64,000 bases of DNA from Schmidtea nova (Eukaryota). Positions 60,480 through 64,000 of the stretch are shown piece by piece (within the stretch, counting starts at the first letter, position 1; each line of letters starts with the position of its first letter). The notes beneath the pieces were generated by a model. That model was not told the origin of the DNA. It saw nothing but the letters and a program-made list of their open reading frames with translations, and made no database searches. The translations under genes and the position numbers were made by a program. The stretch spans positions 265,918,001 through 265,982,000 of the forward strand of contig CM097882.1 of assembly GCA_044892505.1 (NCBI GenBank), read 5' to 3'.

Positions 60480-61600
60480 GAACAGGATTTGTTGGGTTTA
60501 ATTAAAACAGATATTATCGTCGGTGTCGGACTCCTCGTGTTCAAACAAATCAATAAGTAATAACACTCCCAACGTATATTTGTTTAAATCGACACAATCT
60601 TTTTACAATTCACATCAATAATAATACAACGTCCTAATTATTCGATCGAGCTCCGCCGTGGGATGTCTTGACCTTGTGCGCTCTATAACAATAATCACCT
60701 TGTATATCAGAATCCTCTGGATTGATCTCTTTTTCTTTATTAATTTCGTCTTCCTTTGATTCAGCTCCTTTTCAATTTCTTTACTCTTTTTCTCTCGTAT
60801 TTTCCTATTTCTTCTGACTGCTACCTTTAACCTAATCTCGTTTTCTTCTCCCTAACTGAGACAAAATGCCGATTGTTTTCAATTTAGTTTTCCTTATATA
60901 CTAAGATAATCATTTTGATTAATTAGTAATTTGGCCAAATCGCCTTTGTCTGACAATGCTTTGACGATCGGTTTTCTTGAATATCGTCTGAGAGCTTATA
61001 GTGATTGATTGCCCTCTTCTGTTACCCTTTCGTATTAACCAATTTTGTTTACTCCTATTACTCATAATGACAGGATAATGCCTTTTCCGAAATCCGCTTT
61101 GTTTACTCTCCTTGTTTGCCGAGCTCGGATTTTCTTCATCGCTCGGGTTCTCCATTAGCTCGGGTTTCCCATTCGCTCGGGTTTTCCATTATCCAATTAA
61201 TTAATTAATTAACGGTTTTCTGTTTTTGTGCATTTGTATGCTTTCCGACACTTTCTGAACATTTTCTGACCGATTCCTAATCATTATGTTCTTCACCAAT
61301 AGCTAATCTATACCTGTCCTGTTTTCCTCATTCAATTTCGATAAATTAACCATTTATTCATTTTTCTCAATTTGCACATTTGCATTTCGAATTTCACTGT
61401 ACCATATCCTAACTCTGTTTCCCTTATAATTTCCTTGGTTATTCGTTCTGTGCTTAATCAAACTTTTCCATATACCTGTTTCATTCAATTTTCATCTAGA
61501 ATTTCATTTAAAATTTTATTTAAAATTTTATTTAAAATAATTTTGATTTAAAGACCTTAAAATACCTCCCCCTTTAAAAAAAATTTTCGTCCTCGAAATA
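60480..61600 (-). mobile_element. Decayed Gypsy segment: PPT, LTR-like spacer, PBS-like TGG, gag and protease remnants
   Basis: TTTCGAGGACGAAAATTTTTTTTAAAGGGGGAGG at 61566-61600; TGGTGAAG at 61298; ENPS 18-bp repeats at 61110-61190; degenerate zinc knuckle near 60660; CLNTRSPTPTII near 60530. Confidence 0.5.
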
Positions 61601-62244
61601 TGCCTTTATATATGCACACATATACGCATTTTAAAATTTAACTGGGAACAGAGGTTAATTATTGATAATTTTATGAATTATTATTTCTTTACTATAAAAA
61701 GTAATTTATTTATTTTTTTTACAAAACTCTATTAATTTATTGTTTAATTTTTTTGATTTAATTTTTTCTCTATTGCTGTTATTTATTTAATCTTAAACTA
61801 AGAATTAGTGGATCTGTACAGACGCAATGCACTAAAAATCCCCATACATCTTTATTTTTATAATTTTATCGTTACATCAGGCGATTATTATTATATTTAT
61901 TCTTATTATAATTATAATTATAATTATTATTTTTATCATTATCTTTATTTGTCTTTTTGCCTATTATTAATTTATTTTTTTTATCAATTGATGACGATAA
62001 ATTTTCGAAAACTGCCCAACAATTCACCGATAAAAGTGAAATCAATTAATTATTTTATTAATTACCGACAAAATATTTCTTTGAAAGCCGCCCAATAATT
62101 CACCGGCATAGATTAATCGTTCTTTTTCCCATTTAAAGAGACCTCAGTCTCGTTAAGTTCAGAATTTTATTCTCTGTCATCAGGTAATTTTTTTTTTGAA
62201 TGATACATAAAAAATATTTTTTTTAGAATAATAAATTTAGAATA

Positions 62245-63600
62245 ATGTTAAGCAAAAACTGCAAATTGTTTTAATAAAGCAGTAACCCCATAAGTAGAGA
62301 GCGCGCAAGATTCAATTATAACCCAAATATCCATTAAAAACCCAAGCGATTAGGTGAAAAACATCAAAAAGGTGAAGTGGACTCAAGCACATTAACCAGT
62401 AGAGAACGCGCTAGCTGTGAATTTGCAAGTCCTTACACTGAAATCTCGAGAAAAATTAAAAGTCGTCAAAAGAAGAACGTTTGAAGGTTAGAATAGGCGG
62501 AAAACCCATTGAAAATAACCATAAAAAACGGAATTGTGTTTTAAAACTTCAGTGCAGAAAAATTTAACAAAATTTTAGCAGAAAATTGTGATTTTATCAA
62601 AAAATTTCACATTAACAATAAAAAGAACTAATCTTGATCGAAATATCGTAAATTAAATCAAATCGAACAAATTTTGATTCAAAAATAAAAATAATGAATT
62701 AAAATAAATTATTTATGGTTTATAAAAAATTATTACATAAAAATATGGATTTAATTTTTCGGAAAATCATTAGAATTAATTTAGAAAAATTAAAAAGAAC
62801 ATTCTAGAACAATTTGTTTTACTGCACTAGTGAAGGTAATGCAAAATCGATGGTATATATACCGCCATCAAAATGGCAAGAAGTAGAATTTGTTGTAAGA
62901 AATTTTTTTTTGAGTTTGAAAGAATTTGTTAATTTTTAAAGTTTGGCAGAATTTGTAGTGGAAATTTTACAGAGTTTTGGCAGAATCTTTGAATTTCTGT
63001 GAAAGAATTGAGGAAGAAGGCACTGATCCCGGAAGACGAGGATAAAAACAAGCATTTTATAGAAAAATCTTTCGTACGAATTTGAAGATTTTCCAGAGTT
63101 TGCGAACCACTGAAAGCAATGTAAGGATTATTTTTCTTTTTAAACTTGTTTTGAAGGGTTTGGGATCGTCGATCATCATGCCTGACGATCATCCCATTCC
63201 TCGCGCTTTATTGATTAATACTTTATTTGTTATTTTTATTCGAATGTTAATATATTATTATGTTATTATTAAAATAAATATTTAACTCATATTTTATTCA
63301 ATTTTGTTTTAAATTTTTTTTGTTTGTTATTATTATCATAAATTCCCAAAAATAACTAAAATCTCATATGAACATTTGCCTAAATAAAAATACAAAAATA
63401 AATTTTTTTAATTTCCATATCATCTGACGATTCGTCCAGCCTTGCGTTGTGCGGATTTGTTAGTAGCCTGGGTGGATCGTTGTCTGATTGGTAATCGGTC
63501 AGCCCATTTGTTCTCCTTAAGGTGAGGCTCACACATCCATAATCACATCATCCCAACTGGGGAATCGTGGTATGGCCAAGAGCAAGGATTTTTTATATTA
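62245..63600 (+). repeat. Dispersed repeat copy 2 (inverted relative to 5552-6810)
   Basis: Shares ATCGATGGTATATATACCGCCATCAAAATGGCAA, GTAGAGAGCGCGCAAGATTCA and CATCCCAACTGGGGAA blocks with copy 1. Confidence 0.8.
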
Positions 63601-64000
63601 ATGATTTTTATTATAATATAGTAGAGTATTTATACTACATTACATAAGTAATTCGTAACATAACATAAATTCGTCCAGCTCATGTCTTGAGATCTAAAAT
63701 AGGCAATATAATACTAAATAAAATCGACTCGCACTCACCTTCGCCTTCACAGAAACTTTTTCGTCTTATTAGAATTCATCATATGTGAAATCAGAAATCA
63801 ATAAAAATTGCTCAATTGAAAACCATTTATTAAATAATGAACTAGGTAAAGGAGCGACGAATTAGTAGTTGAAAAATTATGATTTTTTATGAATTTTTAG
63901 GTAAAGAATTCGAACTCGTGGAAAATTTTGACGAAGAATAGTATTAAAAAAGTTTTAGTCTTTTATATGAATTTTTATCTCATTTAATTTACGAAAAATT

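Noticed and set aside
5552-63600. The two inverted copies as terminal inverted repeats of one giant element (Polinton or virus)
   Set aside because: The copies are clearly diverged and patchy, no TSD is seen, and the interior is a mix of unrelated elements with no PolB, capsid or ATPase.

Overview
Strongly AT-rich eukaryotic scaffold window with three N-gaps, almost entirely a graveyard of nested mobile elements. These include Ty3/Gypsy LTR elements, several hAT families, piggyBac, Chapaev/CMC, pogo- and MULE-type MITEs, a Penelope-like element with hammerhead ribozyme motifs, and a candidate SINE. I see no intact host gene with confidence. A small HERC-type HECT fragment and this TE set suggest an invertebrate host, possibly a compact parasite genome; that is inference only. 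The main discovery is a decayed endogenous bunyavirus (phenuivirus-like) L/RdRp gene on the minus strand (about 26.7-31.6 kb). It is split by a complete 2,667-bp hAT transposon with a perfect 8-bp TSD and is fused to a Gypsy element bounded by 646-bp direct repeats with non-canonical ends. The same Gypsy family shows two more captures. An antisense HECT E3-ligase fragment sits in one integrase tail. A second integrase is split in-frame by a 2.4-kb insert: an intronless helical-repeat gene preceded by a scrambled mosaic of five short snippets copied from that gene. Other notable items are a compact TBP-like gene plus a small Cys-cluster gene (virus-like cassette, 59.3-60.0 kb), a decayed DEDD 3'-5' exonuclease ORF among Gypsy remnants, and a short-LTR Gypsy with AGTT...AACT ends. 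All calls are by eye from the sequence; no searches were run.
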